From Protoeuglena noctilucae (lineage: Eukaryota), in the NCBI GenBank assembly GCA_958009085.1, contig OY253680.1, positions 868,001-932,000 of the forward strand: a stretch of DNA of 64,000 nucleotides, given 5' to 3'. Below the pieces are notes generated by a model, which saw nothing but the letters and a program-made list of their open reading frames with translations, was not told where the DNA came from and did no database searches. Numbering within the stretch: position 1 is the stretch's first letter; each line of letters begins with the position of its first letter. Below are positions 1 through 11,493 of the stretch, piece after piece. The position numbers and the translations under genes were made by a program.

Positions 1-161
1 ACGTGTGAGGTGTTTTGTTCTGAAGACGTATGGGGAAGGTGGTGATGGCGACGCAAGGATGGGTGGCATTGGTACCGACACTGCCACCCCACTCGCTGCC
101 CACCCATCCACCCCGTCCCTCCTTCCACCCCCCACTCTGCCCATCTCATAATACCCCTCAC

Positions 162-2399
162 CCCGAACTTGTTCCACACTCCGTTCTCGTCCTGGAAGTG
201 GGCGCACCGGTGGTTGATCACCGCATCCCCGATGGCCTTGATGCCATGGTCGTGCATCGTCCTGTAAGAGAGGGAGATGGGGATGTGTGGTGAGATGCTG
301 AGATGGGGATTTGGTGAGTCGCGGAATGGTACGGTATGGCTAGGGTAGCTGCTGTGGCACAGAGGGCACTGAGAGGGTACCCAGAGGGCAGCGGCGCAGC
401 GAACATGTGGATATGGGACGCCCCACCACCCCCGCTCATGCACACTCCCACACTCGCACCACCCCTGCTCATGATCAGTAACACCACCCCTCTGCACTAC
501 TCCACTCACTCGATGAGTTCCTTCAGCTCCTCCATCGACCCGTACTTGCTGTTGAGGTCGTACAGGTCACGGGGCATGTACCCCTCGGGGGACACCGAGT
601 CCGTGAAGGGGGGGAGCCACATGAGGGAGAAACCCAGGCGCTGGAGCTCGGGGACCTGGGGGACGAGAGGTGAGGGGTGGGGGTGAGGCACGGGTGAGGG
701 TTGCATGTGTGGTGAGGGTGACAGTGGGGAGGGTGGGTGACGGCGGAGGCGGAACACGTTTTTTACAGTAAAAAAGCACAGGGCGGGGATCCATGCAAGC
801 ACCGCACACCCATCACTCGCACCACCCGCGCCCTGTTATCTACCTCCCCCACCCCCGTCCCGCACCCCCCGCCCCGCCCCTCGCCTGCGCGGCCAGCTTG
901 CGGTAGTGTCCCTTCTTCCAGCTCTCCCAGTTGAACCCCTGCAGCATGATCTCGCGGCCGTTGCCCGTGGCAGGGTGAACGTCGGAGGCCACCTCGGGCA
1001 CCACGCTGAAGGGGGCTGCCTCGCGGCCCAGGGCGGGGTCATCCAGGGCGGAGCGGCCCGCGATGCCGCCGGGGAGCCACGTGGGGGGCTTGGGGAGGCA
1101 CAGGGGGCTACTGCGGGGGTGGGAGGGGTGGGGTGGGGTGGTTCAGGTGACGAGGTGCCTGGCTGGGTGAGGAGGTGCTAAGGGAGGTGGGCACGTGAAA
1201 AGGGTGTGTGAAGAGAAGGCAAAGGGACAGCGGAGGTGCTGGGAACAGTGCCATGGTCGGCGACACGCTCGCACCCCGCCCGCACCTCCACCCCGGCCCC
1301 GACACTGCATCGAACCCCACCGGCATCTCCACCCCTATTTGGCAGCCCCTCCTCACCCCTTGAGCAGCTCGAGGTTGTCGACGACCTTCTCGGCCCGGGC
1401 CCCCCGCTCCTCCAGGGCCGCCATCGTCGCCTCGGCCTCCTCCATCTGACGTAAGAACCCCTGAATGTCAGACTCTGCGTCCTCCACGCGCTGCGCCGTG
1501 GCCTCGGCCGCCTGGGCGCCGAAGTGCACCGCCTCGAGGCCGCAGCGGGACGTGCGCAGGAGCAGCATCTGCCCCGACGGACCCCGCGCCTCGACCCACA
1601 GCGGCGCTCCTGCGCGGTGGGCCTGCCACCTGCGACGAGGAGGGCGGGGGTGAGAGGGTGAGGTGGGCAAGGGTGAGCGGGAGTGCATGGGGGTGAGCTG
1701 GGGCCGAGCTCCCACCCCTGCCCCTCACCTCTCCTCCTCCCAGTCAACGCGACTCTTCCCACGTCCCTGCCGCTCCCCGTCCCCGCCGCCCGTTGAATCC
1801 GAAGCCTTGCCGGCGTCCCTCGCCCCGCTCTGCCCGAAGGCCCACCCCCATGCGCTCCCGTTCCCGTTGCCCTTACCCTCGGCGTGGCCGTTCGCACGCC
1901 CCTGCTCCTTTGTGGGACCCTCCGCCTCCTCGCCCTCCTTCTCGCGCACGCCCGCGCGCCCGTTGGAGTGACCGTTCGAGTGACCGTTGGAGTGGCCGTT
2001 GGAGTGGCCGTTCGAGTGGCCGTTGGACCGACGCTTGCCCGTCGCCTCCTCGACGCCGCCTAAAGCCTCCGCGGCCTCGCGCCCGAAGGCGACGGGGCGC
2101 AGCCAGGGCAGGGACGGCATTAACCCTTTGTTGGAGGAGCCGCCCTGGGGACCGCCTGCGGGATCGCGGAGGGGGAGGGCCGGCGGTTGCAGGGTGGCAG
2201 CGGAGGGGCGGCGGGGGCGCGCGCGGGGGACCGATACGATAAAGAACGACGCGGCGGACTCTGGAAACAACTCAGACGCGCAAAGGGACGGAGAGGGCGG
2301 CGGGTGGGGACCGCGCGGCGCGGCCGCAAAGCCCAGAGCGGCATGCGCGGGAGTTTGAGACCGACCGTGCGGCCGGGTCCGCGCCGGGGGATTTCCCAT
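162..2399 (-). CDS. Plant-type alpha-amylase (GH13, AMY3-like), spliced, 3' part runs off the window start
   Basis: Exons read GREIMLQGFNWESW (~885-970), WLPPFTDSVSPEGYMPRDLYDLNSKYGS (~511-655) and GDAVINHRCAHFQDENG (~162-262). Long low-complexity N-terminus; start codon uncertain. Confidence 0.9.
1959..2026 (-). repeat. 12-nt coding tandem repeat (NGHS)x5 in the amylase N-terminus
   Basis: Repeats of cgtt(g/c)gagtg(a/g)c translate to SNGHSNGHSNGHSNGHSNGHSNG. Confidence 0.85.
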
Positions 2400-3057
2400 G
2401 CGCCAATAGCGCTATCAGTGACGGAAGAAAACAGCGGAACCAAAAAGCGCATTCCGGAGCGGCGCGCGCGGCGGGGAAAGGCGTCCCTGATGCAGCCAAC
2501 CGGCGACACCTTGCCACCCCGCAAGGGCGGACGGGGGACCCCGATCGCCCGGAAACGGCGTCGCAAAAGGTGGGCACGAAAAACGAGATGCCGTCTTTTA
2601 TGCGGGCGCGGTCCCGGGCAGTCCCGGCGGGGAGAACATTGCCGCGCGGGGCTGGCCCCGTTCCCGGGGGGGGGGGGGGGGCCCGCAGTCCGGGCGCCAG
2701 GGGCGAGATCTCGCACATCCATGAACGAAATACAAGGTAACGTCATCAGACACGGCTGCCGAGGCAGCGGGGGGGCCGCGGGAGCGCCGTGCGGGGCGCA
2801 CGAGCGCCTGGGATGCAGGCGCACTCGTTCGTATTGAGGACGGGGCGCGGGCTCCGCTGAGCAACACTCTCGGCCCGGCGGGGCGTGATAGCGGCGAAAC
2901 GGGCGCAGGAAACCGCCGAGATCCCATCCGCGCGGTCGCGAGGCGTCCCGCGGGCGCGCGGGCGCAACATGGGGCGCACCCCCGGTGCCGCATGCACGGG
3001 CGAGCCTCACCCTTGTCCAGGACGGCCCCCTCGCGGCCCTCGACACCGTGGTTGTCA

Positions 3058-3261
3058 TTGAAATCAGCTCGGGCGGCAACCCGCCGAGCCGGCCTCCGCC
3101 GCAGTCCCGACGCGTGGGACTGCCTACAAGCAGGGGGCCCCGGTCGAGTCCGCGCCGCGGGGCGAGGCGAGACGTGAAGGGACGCCACGCGCGCTTTCAT
3201 CATCGTTCCACCGGACGCGTGGATTCGAGCCCGGCCGACTTGATCGCGATCGCGGTGGCTT
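3058..3261 (-). ncRNA. Candidate independently transcribed box C/D snoRNA (U8/U3-like architecture)
   Basis: Minus strand: box C ATGATGA at 3203-3197, box D CTGA at 3067-3064, flanked by GAA/TTC. Internal hairpins GCAGTCCC/GGGACTGC and CTCGGCGG/CCGCCCGAG. Lies directly downstream of a USE+TATA promoter. Confidence 0.5.
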
Positions 3262-3285
3262 CAGGCCCTCCCTCGCAGGGTTTGC

Positions 3286-3325
3286 TCTATACTCGGGCCA
3301 CCTGCGAGCCAAGTTCGATGTGGTC
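3286..3325 (-). promoter_or_regulatory. snRNA-type (type-3 Pol III-like) promoter: USE plus TATA
   Basis: CCACATCG (3323-3316) matches the core of the plant USE RTCCCACATCG; TATAGA starts at 3291, 24 nt further on, the spacing known for plant Pol III snRNA-type genes. Confidence 0.55.
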
Positions 3326-3685
3326 GAGACGCGGGTCGTGCCGCGCCAGGACGGAGCTGCCCCGCCGCGCGCGAAAGATGCGGGGGGGCTCTCGAGGACG
3401 GCGGGCGCGAATAGAGGGGTTGCAGGACCACTACGCTACTCCCGCGGTCCGGACACATCGAAATGACGCTGCCTCGGTCCGCCCAGGACGCGCAGAGGAG
3501 GCGCGCGGACCCTGACTGACACTGGAATGTCGGAAGCACTTTTGACCGGAAAGCGGTCCGCGGTGCTCGCGCGAGATCTGAGTTATCCTCGCGTTCAAGC
3601 AGCGCGCTGTTTGGACCCTTTCCCCGACAACCCAGCGTCGAGATCCGCAAGGCGCAGCACGTGAGCGATGCACCGCAGATGCAGT

Positions 3686-6379
3686 CTACATGAAGCCGCC
3701 CGGCCCGAATCCACCCGGCCCGAACCCACCAGGACCACCCATTCCGCCAGGCCCGGGCCGGCGGAAACCGAGCTCTCGCAGCGGGTCGCCGCGCCCCCGC
3801 CCTCGCAGCCCGGGAGGCTGGTCCGGGTACAGCCCGGCCTCCCCACCCGGGTCGCCCCCCATGTGCGGGAACCACCCCGGCGGACGGATGCCCCCTGCGA
3901 CCGCGACGGGGAGGGCAGGGCGTCCCGTCGGCGCAAGCGTGTGTTGGGCGACGAGAGAAGGGCAGAGCAGCACCGGCCTGCCCACTGCTCACCAGGCATT
4001 GCGAGGCCGTCCAACCCGGGCGGGATGGCCGTTCCGGGCCCGTGCGGCCCGCCGCCGGGGAACACCGGGCCGGGGAAGGGGGCTGGGTACGGTTGCGGCG
4101 CCTGCGAGCGAGGGCCACGGGGTAACCATCTGTTTGAGATGCAAGCAGCCGCTTGACAAGCGCGCATGAGCATGATAGCGCGCAGATGCATGTCATGCAC
4201 CCCCATATCATGTTCCCCGCGCGTGCCTGCAAGCCTAGCGCACACCAGCAGTAGCTGTCCCGTTCTAAGACCAAAGCAGAGAATGCTCACCACGGGCAAG
4301 CCCCCTGGGATCCGATCGTAGTCGCCGCCGATGATGGCGGACGAGGGCGGGGGTCCCACGGGGAACTGCGGCGCGCCTGGGATGCCGGGCACGGCCGGGC
4401 CCCACGGCACGGGCTGAGGCCCCAGCGCTCGAAAGGCAGACGCCCGCTCCCTCTCCTGGCGAGCCTGCGCGGAGGGACGGGCACGGCGATGTCGAGCGAC
4501 GCGAGATGAAGCAGCGGTAGCCTCTCGTTGCATCGCTACATATGCGGATCGCTGCTGACGGCAACAACTTTGCACGCCTGCACTGGTGCTGTCTCGTTCG
4601 ACTCCCGCCGCCTCCTCACCTGCTCCCTCTCCCTCTGCAGCCGCACCTCCATCCGGAACGCTGCCTTCCACCCGACCTGCGCCGGGTCCACCACCCCACC
4701 CACGTCGGCAAAGAAGCGCTGGTAGAGGGGCTGCCAGAACTCGGCGCTGTCGGCCAAGTGACGCAGCTCCCAACACGTGCAGGCCACGCTGCACAGGTCC
4801 CTGCGCCACAGGGATGGGAATGTCACAGATCGTGACATTGGGAGTGCGTGGTGGGGCTCTGGAGGAAGCAACAGTCAACGACGTGTTCCCCGCTGATACT
4901 CACTTGAAATCGAGGGACTTGAGAACCTCGAGCTTCATCTCCACGGGCAGCAGGGCCCATCCCAGGGGCGCGTCCCGGCCCGCGATGGAGTAGGCGGACC
5001 TGGGGAGGGCAACAAGTGCGACACACCGCTCACAAACGATATAAACCGCAGAGACGACATGACCAACAGAATGAATGACGGCAGATAGCCCAATAAGCCA
5101 ACTCTCAATATCCGGCAGGCCCTGCTCACCGCAGCAGGGGGATGGCGATGGCCTCCTTCACTTCCCGCCACGTCCGCGCCGCGTCGACGAGCGGGTGCGC
5201 GTGGTTTGCGTGCGCCTGCGTGGGCCGAGGACAGCCGTGTTAACATGGCCCAATACAGCCCAGCACAGCCAGCCGGCGGTCATCCTCACACCCACACAGC
5301 GTGCCCTGCCCCGTTCCGCACTCACCCCGCCGCTGCCCCCCACCTCCGCCCCCGAGGCGCGCCTCGACATCACACGCCCCTCGAATGCCCCTCCCACGTG
5401 GCCCGATGCGTCGCACTCCCACCGCACCATGGTGTCCTGGGCGTGGCTCCTGCTGCCGCCCGCGTGCACGAATCCCACGACGACGGCGTGGCTGCCCGCG
5501 AACAGCACGCGCACCACCGCCTCCATCGGGATGGGCTCGGCCACGTCACCCCTGCGAGAGGCGGGAGCGCTACGAGCTGGGTAGAATGTGGCGACGCCTG
5601 TGCCTGCCGTTGCTTTCCAAACGTGGCGACGAAAAGAAGCATCACCACACAAAGGGGGCTACTCGCCTGGCCTCGTGCACCTCGATGGCGACGGCGATGT
5701 TGTACATGCCGGGGGCCAGGCGAACCTCCCCGGCGTCCGGGGCCCGGTGCCGCGGCGCGAAGCCAATGTCCGTGAGTGCCGCAAACATGACCGACGCGAA
5801 AACGTCCTCGGGCGTGGCGCGGTCCGCACCGAAGATGGACTGCGAGGTAGAATAGCCGCATAGAAATCCACGGGATGCCATTCCGGCCCAGCGGTGTTGA
5901 GGCGCGCGGAGGAAACGGCCATTCACCTGCACGGCGTGGTGGACCTTGCCCCTGACCAGCTCCTCCAGCGCCTGGCCCGGCCGGGCCGCCTGGGCTGGAG
6001 GGTGCGATTGCGCGGGGCCGGACATGGGCGGACTCGGCGTGGGGAGCGCGGGGCCTTCCGCGACTTCGCCCACGACCCAGACCGTGTCCCCCGAGGCTAC
6101 GCCCGAATCCCGCAGCAGCGCGGAGCCGCTCGGGCCAAGAGGATCCTTCTTGTTGAGAGTCAGGACGATGTCCGTCGCCGGATGCAGCAAGAGTGCGTTC
6201 CGCGCGACGCTCCTGTGCCAAAGGAGGATGCGAAAGGTTGTTGACCCCTGCCGCGCCACAGCGGAACGCGGCCCTCCCCATGATCCGCGCTGCCGTCACC
6301 GCAGCTGGTCCACGGTGCAGTCGTCCGGGACCTCGACCCTCTGCGCCTCGCGTCCCGCCAGCCGGAGCCGAAGTTTCAT
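3686..6379 (-). CDS. F-box protein of the FBXO7/SKIP22 type (Ubl + FP/PI31-like + F-box + Pro/Gly-rich tail)
   Basis: Starts MKLRLRLAGREAQRVEV; Ubl-like LTLNKKDPL...DSGVASGDTVWV; F-box DLCSVACTCWELRHLADSAEFW; IIGGDYDRIPG motif; GPGGF tail ending at stop 3686. Confidence 0.8.
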
Positions 6380-6675
6380 GGACACGCGTCCCTCTCACCC
6401 GCGGGGCCTACGACGTAGGCAGATCCCTTGGCATGACCAGTCTGCCGTACTGCAGGTAGTCGCGTGCGCTTTGTGCCGCTTTCGTTGCTCCGGCCAGGAT
6501 GACTGACGGCGACTTCGCCAGGAAAATCGCATCGTGAGGCCGCTGTTGAATCGCCGCCTACCCAGCGATGGTGCCAGTGAAATGATAGTGGTGAGGTCTA
6601 GCACAGTGCAAAAGCTGGCTGGCTCTCGACTGCAGGGGAAGCAGCCAAGCGACCCCGAGCGCTATAGCGCCCCCC

Positions 6676-8272
6676 ATGGCGGCCAATCCTGCTCGCTCGG
6701 GGCGTGCGGCGGTGTCCACTCGCACACATGTCGAGCCCTCATCCATCGCGCCCGCCGCGAGCGCATCGTCGGCCTTTCTGGGGAAGAGCGGGGTGCCGCG
6801 GATAGGGCTGGGCCTCGCCGCGCTTGGGAGGCCCGGATACATCAATCTGGGTCACGGGTGCGTGCATACGAATCGCAACGTTTCAGTAAGCTACCGCCTC
6901 GCGATCCCACGCCTCTCCGCGACTTCATTGAGACCCCCTTCCCCGCAGGGAGGACCTGCAGGGCCGCCAGCAGAGCGTGGATGCGATGCGCGACCACTGC
7001 CACGAGGTCTTGGACGCCGCTTATGCTGCGGGGATCCGTTATTTCGACGCGGCGCGGTCGTACGGGCTCGCGGAGTCGTTCTTGTCCGAGTGGCTGCGGG
7101 CAAGGGGCCTGCAGCCTTCTCAGGTGGCCGTGGGGAGCAAGTGGGGATACGCATACACCGCCGACTGGCGGATTGACACGGGTGAGCGGGTGGCGTTCGC
7201 ATCAGAGCGACGGAGTCTCGGTGTCGTGTCGACCGTCGCAAATGATGCCTTGCTGTGTTTGCAGGTGGGGAGCCGCACGAGGTGAAGGAGCATTCGCTGC
7301 AGAGACTGGAGGAGCAATCTGCAGAGTCGGCTGCGCTGTTGGGAGACTACATGGACGTGTACCAGGCGAGAGGCAGTACTGTTGACACTTTGCAAATCGT
7401 GTCCCCTCTGAACTATCGATGCGGATCCACCCTGTCAGCTCACAGGTGCACTCGGCGACGGTGGACTCGGGTGCGCTGTCGGAGGAAGTGACACGGGGGC
7501 TGTGGGAGTTGCGGCACAAGCGGGGGTGGCGCATCGGCCTCTCGCTGTCGGGGACGGGGCAGGCAGAGACCCTGAGGTGGGTGGCCACGTGTTGGCGCAT
7601 CGACCGTGGGGCTACGCAGCACAAGCATTGCATAGCATGACTGAGGGGCTTTGTGGGACACATCCACTTGCACACCCTCGCAGGGCCGCCATGCGCATCC
7701 GAGACCCGGAGACAGGCGCTATGCTCTTCCAGTGCGTGCAAGTGAGGACAGGAGCATGTCGATGTGATGGGCAACTGCCCTCGCATCTCACGATTCAACC
7801 CACCCAGGACACCTGGAACTCTCTCCAGCCATTAATAGACCACTAACAAGCATCAATCCCTCATCCACCCACGCAGGCCACCTGGAACCCCCTGGAGCAG
7901 TCAGCGGGGGAGGCACTAATCGAGGCCCGGGAAGCAGGCATGGACGTCATCGTCAAGGAAGCCATGGCGAACGGGAGACTGACAGCGCGCAACACCGCAG
8001 CGGGGGCGGCGGGGGCCGTGGCAGCGCTGCGGCGGGTGGCGGACCAGGCGGGGGTCGGGGTGGATGCGGTGGTGTTGGCGTGCGCGCTGCGGCAGCCTTT
8101 CGCACCCGTGGTGCTGTCGGGTGCCTCCACGCCCGCCACGGTGCGCTCGAACGTGGAGGCCATTGCCCTGGCGGCACGCATGACGGACGAGGAGGTGGAG
8201 GGCCTGCTGAGGGAGACGAGGCAGCCGAGCGAGGCAAACTGGCGGGACCGGGCGCAGCTGGCGTGGAACTGA
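6676..8272 (+). CDS. Aldo/keto reductase (bacterial-like subfamily), spliced
   Basis: IGLGLAALGRPGYINLGH, GIRYFDAARSYGLAE, VGSKWGYAYTADW, YQ|VHSAT, VKEAMANGRLT, VVLSGAST. Confidence 0.9.
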
Positions 8273-8416
8273 CGCACGCATAGAAGCGGTAATCAGGATG
8301 CGTGGCGGCGCATTTGGCAGCACACAGCAGAGACTCGATGGTACCCCTTTTAAAATTTTGGGAGGCAACAAGCCAGCACTGTGATGATGAAATCAAAGAA
8401 TGCACGCTATCCCTCG

Positions 8417-9967
8417 CTAGCTCACAGACGCCACGGCAGGCCGAGAGTCCCCTGCCGCGCTTGCTTCCCCGCTCCCCACCCCGCTCCCTGCCCCACTCCC
8501 GCCCCCGCTCTTCGTCCCCTCTCCAACTCCCTTCGTGCCCACCCCAGCCCCCTGGCCCTTCTGTTCTGCCAGGATCGCCTGCTGTTCGGGCGTGGCCAGC
8601 CCTCGGTCCGCCAGCTGCTGCAAACCCTGGCCCTCTTGCTCCACCTGGGAGGTGGCACAGAGGTAGCAGAGAGGTGGCAGAGATGGCTGCTTCTGACGCA
8701 TGACACGCCTGTCGCGAGGCCTAACAGCCAACGTGCACATGTGTGACTCAGATCGCAGAAGGAGCAGCATTAGCCCTCGCTCGCACGCATGTGCATGGAC
8801 TCGCCTTGTAGAAGGTGTAGGACAGCACCAGCTCCCGCACGTCCGCCATCCGTGGGTCCACGGCGAACTCCTTGTCGACATAAAAGAAGACCGGCATGTC
8901 GATGGACTCGCGGGCACGGAGCTTCTGCTCCTCGAAGCTGCGAGGCAGGGGCGTGGGGTGACGGTGGGGTGGGGTGCGATGGGTTGGGTTGGTGCTGCAG
9001 AGCCACAACAACGCGCCTGTAACCCTTGCATAAGGCCCTGCCCTGCAGACCATACAGTGCACTGCGCTTACGGCCCTTCTGGTCAACAGATGCAGTGAAC
9101 AATGGCTGCCATCTCTCCTTCTGTTTCCCATAATCACCCCCTTGCCATCGCTGGTTGCCCTCACCAGAAGCACTGGACCTTGTTGAAGTAGGGCCCCGCC
9201 TTGAAGGGCACCACGTTGTAGGTGCTGACGCCAATCACGTCCTCATCCGTGTCGTTGGTGACCGTGTAAAAGGCCAGGACGCTCTCCCCAGGGCGGATGG
9301 ACATCGAACGCTGGCAGGGGCGGAACTTCCACCGCAGATTGTCCGACACGTTGCAGTCGAAGCGGATGCGGAGGGGCCTGGGGGTAGGGGACTACCGCAG
9401 ACATCACCACAGCACATGCGAAGGACTTGAGAGAGAGGCCATCGCTCTGCTACGTGACCATCACTGGCTGCCTGCCTGCGCCCAGCCTCGCCTGTTCCTC
9501 GCCGCCTCATCCAGCGCCTCCTGGCCCTCCTTCTTTGCTAAGAGCTTGGCCTCTAGCGTCCGCGGCTCCCCCGCCTCCGCCCCGCCCGACCCGTGCCCCC
9601 CTCTCTGCACCGTGCCGCCGTAGCCCGTCGCCGCGCAGAACATTCGGTAGAGAGGCACTGCTACATAAGACAGTCCCAGCATGAAAGTGGCCCCGGCCAG
9701 GGCGTACAGAGCCACGGCGCGGTTACGCGAGGAGGCGTCCCGGCCTGGCCCGCCCCGGCCCGCGGACGTCGACATCGCCCGGCAGCAAGGCGCGTGCATC
9801 GACGACAGACCACGGACAGAGTCCCATGCGAGGTCGGCCGGGCGAGGCGGGGCAGAGGCGCGCGAGAGGGACGTCGCGAAACACCGCCACGGTGCCGGCC
9901 GGGCTGCCTCCCCCGCCGCCGACTTATGTAGCGCCCGAGCGCCGTTCACGCACGCTCCTGCAGCCAT
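8417..9967 (-). CDS. COX11: Cytochrome c oxidase assembly protein COX11
   Basis: YVAVPLYRMFCAATGYGGT, GVSTYNVVPFKAGPYFNKVQCF(C), FEEQKL, DMPVFFYVD, LSYTFYK. Final exon 8644-8417 inferred via a GC-AG intron. Confidence 0.93.
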
Positions 9968-10333
9968 GTCAGCGATGAAGCATATCGCTTTGCGGGATGG
10001 AGCACCGGAGCCATTGCGGGTGACCTCCAGACTGCCTGTGCTTCTGCGGGCCTCCCTCACCGCCCCAACCGACAGCTGCAGCATCCCATCCCGCTGTCCA
10101 CGCGGGCATCAAGCCGCGGAGACGCCGGAACCCCCTCATCGCGTCGCCAAGCGCATGCTAGCAGCCTCGGTAGCTAGTCACCGCGGGGCCGAGCGCTGGC
10201 GAATTGCGGGCACACAGAGGGCCGATGCGTTGCGCACGTCACGTGTGACACGAGGTATTCAAGCAGCGCCATGACGAAGCAAAACAAACGCGCACATCAT
10301 GTGCCAGAACTCTCTAAAGCTCCCTCTGCAGCG

Positions 10334-11093
10334 CTATCGCGATGTCTTGCGCGGGCCCCGCTCCTGGCCCACGCTCAGCTTCTCCCGCAACTCCCTCCGC
10401 GCGTTATCGAGCCTCCTGCGCGGAAAAGCGACGGCACGGCTCGTTGCAGATCCTGCCGGGCGGGAACCACAGCTTGCAGCGTCCCCCGGCGCCCGTCATT
10501 ACCTCATCTCCAGCCTCCGCTGACGCTCGACCCCCTGTTCGCGCGTGTACTGCAGCTGTCGATAGGGCATGCCCATGACAGCCCCCAAAACCACGTGCGT
10601 CTCGCCCCACGCGGGCGCGAAGAACACCTGAGGCGGGGCAAGGCGGAAGCATGCTTTGCAATAGACGTCTTGGCACGCACGGCTTCCCGAGGGCAATGCG
10701 ATTGCGCGGCAGGGCACTCACCGACGTGTGCACTCGCTGAGCGTTCTTCCACGCCTCCCTCTGCACCTTGGCGGGCGTGTCCAGGGGCTCCGGGGGATTG
10801 ACGCGAACCGGAATCTTCCGGAGTTGCTGCAACTCGCTCACGGCGGCCATCACGCGCTTGAGGAAATCCCTGCACGACGCGGTGGCGGAGGCCGGGGCTG
10901 TGAGGCTCCCACAGCCTCGGCGGCGGCGCGGACGCGGACGCGATGAATCGCTCGCTCACTCCTTGGACTCATTGGATGGGGCAGGGGCAGAGAAGGCCCG
11001 CGCATTGCGGGCAATGGTGGCGAAGGCGTCGCGGCCCGAGAAGCCGCTCCCCGCGGACGAGAGGACCCGCGCCGCCCTCCCAGCTGAGCTCAT
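10334..11093 (-). CDS. Hypothetical protein, 4 exons, possible mitochondrial presequence
   Basis: MSSAGRAARVLSS... joined by GT-AG introns to DFLKRVMAAVSELQQLRK, VFFAPAWGETHVV and RRLDNARRELREK*. No family recognised. Confidence 0.55.
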
Positions 11094-11493
11094 GGGTCCG
11101 TTGTTAGCAAGCTACGAGCACGGATTCCCGCCTGGCTTCTGCGCAGGGAAGTCCTGCCCTCCTCAGCCTCAGATTCAGCGAACTGTTGAACAAGCGCGCT
11201 CCAGTCGAAGAGTGAAGCTGAGGCGAGCAACCGGGGAAACGATTTCTGGTCCACGCGCCCACAGTGAGTCGGAATCAAGGGCGCGCGCTGTGCTAGAGCG
11301 CCGTGTCAGCCCAATTGTGCCCCTCTTATGGCTTTCTCCATTCGCGTGGGATGTACTCGTCCGTCGCCTTTCGCCGCGCCCTCCCGCGGTGGCGCGAGAA
11401 TTCGCAATTTTGTGCTGGGGTCCTGCGGGCGACATTGCGACCTGCGTCCTGCAGCAGGGCTTAGTTTTCCACCTCGAGGCACCCGCGGGCCTC

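Noticed and set aside
2665..2681. Poly-G run as a functional element
   Set aside because: Simple homopolymer of unreliable length with no supporting context.
3277..3283. AAACCCT on the minus strand as a telomerase RNA template
   Set aside because: Only one repeat unit, and it lies between the TATA box and the predicted start, outside the transcript; no longer template was seen downstream.
2120..3515. Long overlapping ORFs (up to 319 aa) between the amylase and F-box genes
   Set aside because: Arg/Pro/Ala-rich translations without motifs or convincing splice structure; expected by chance at this GC content.
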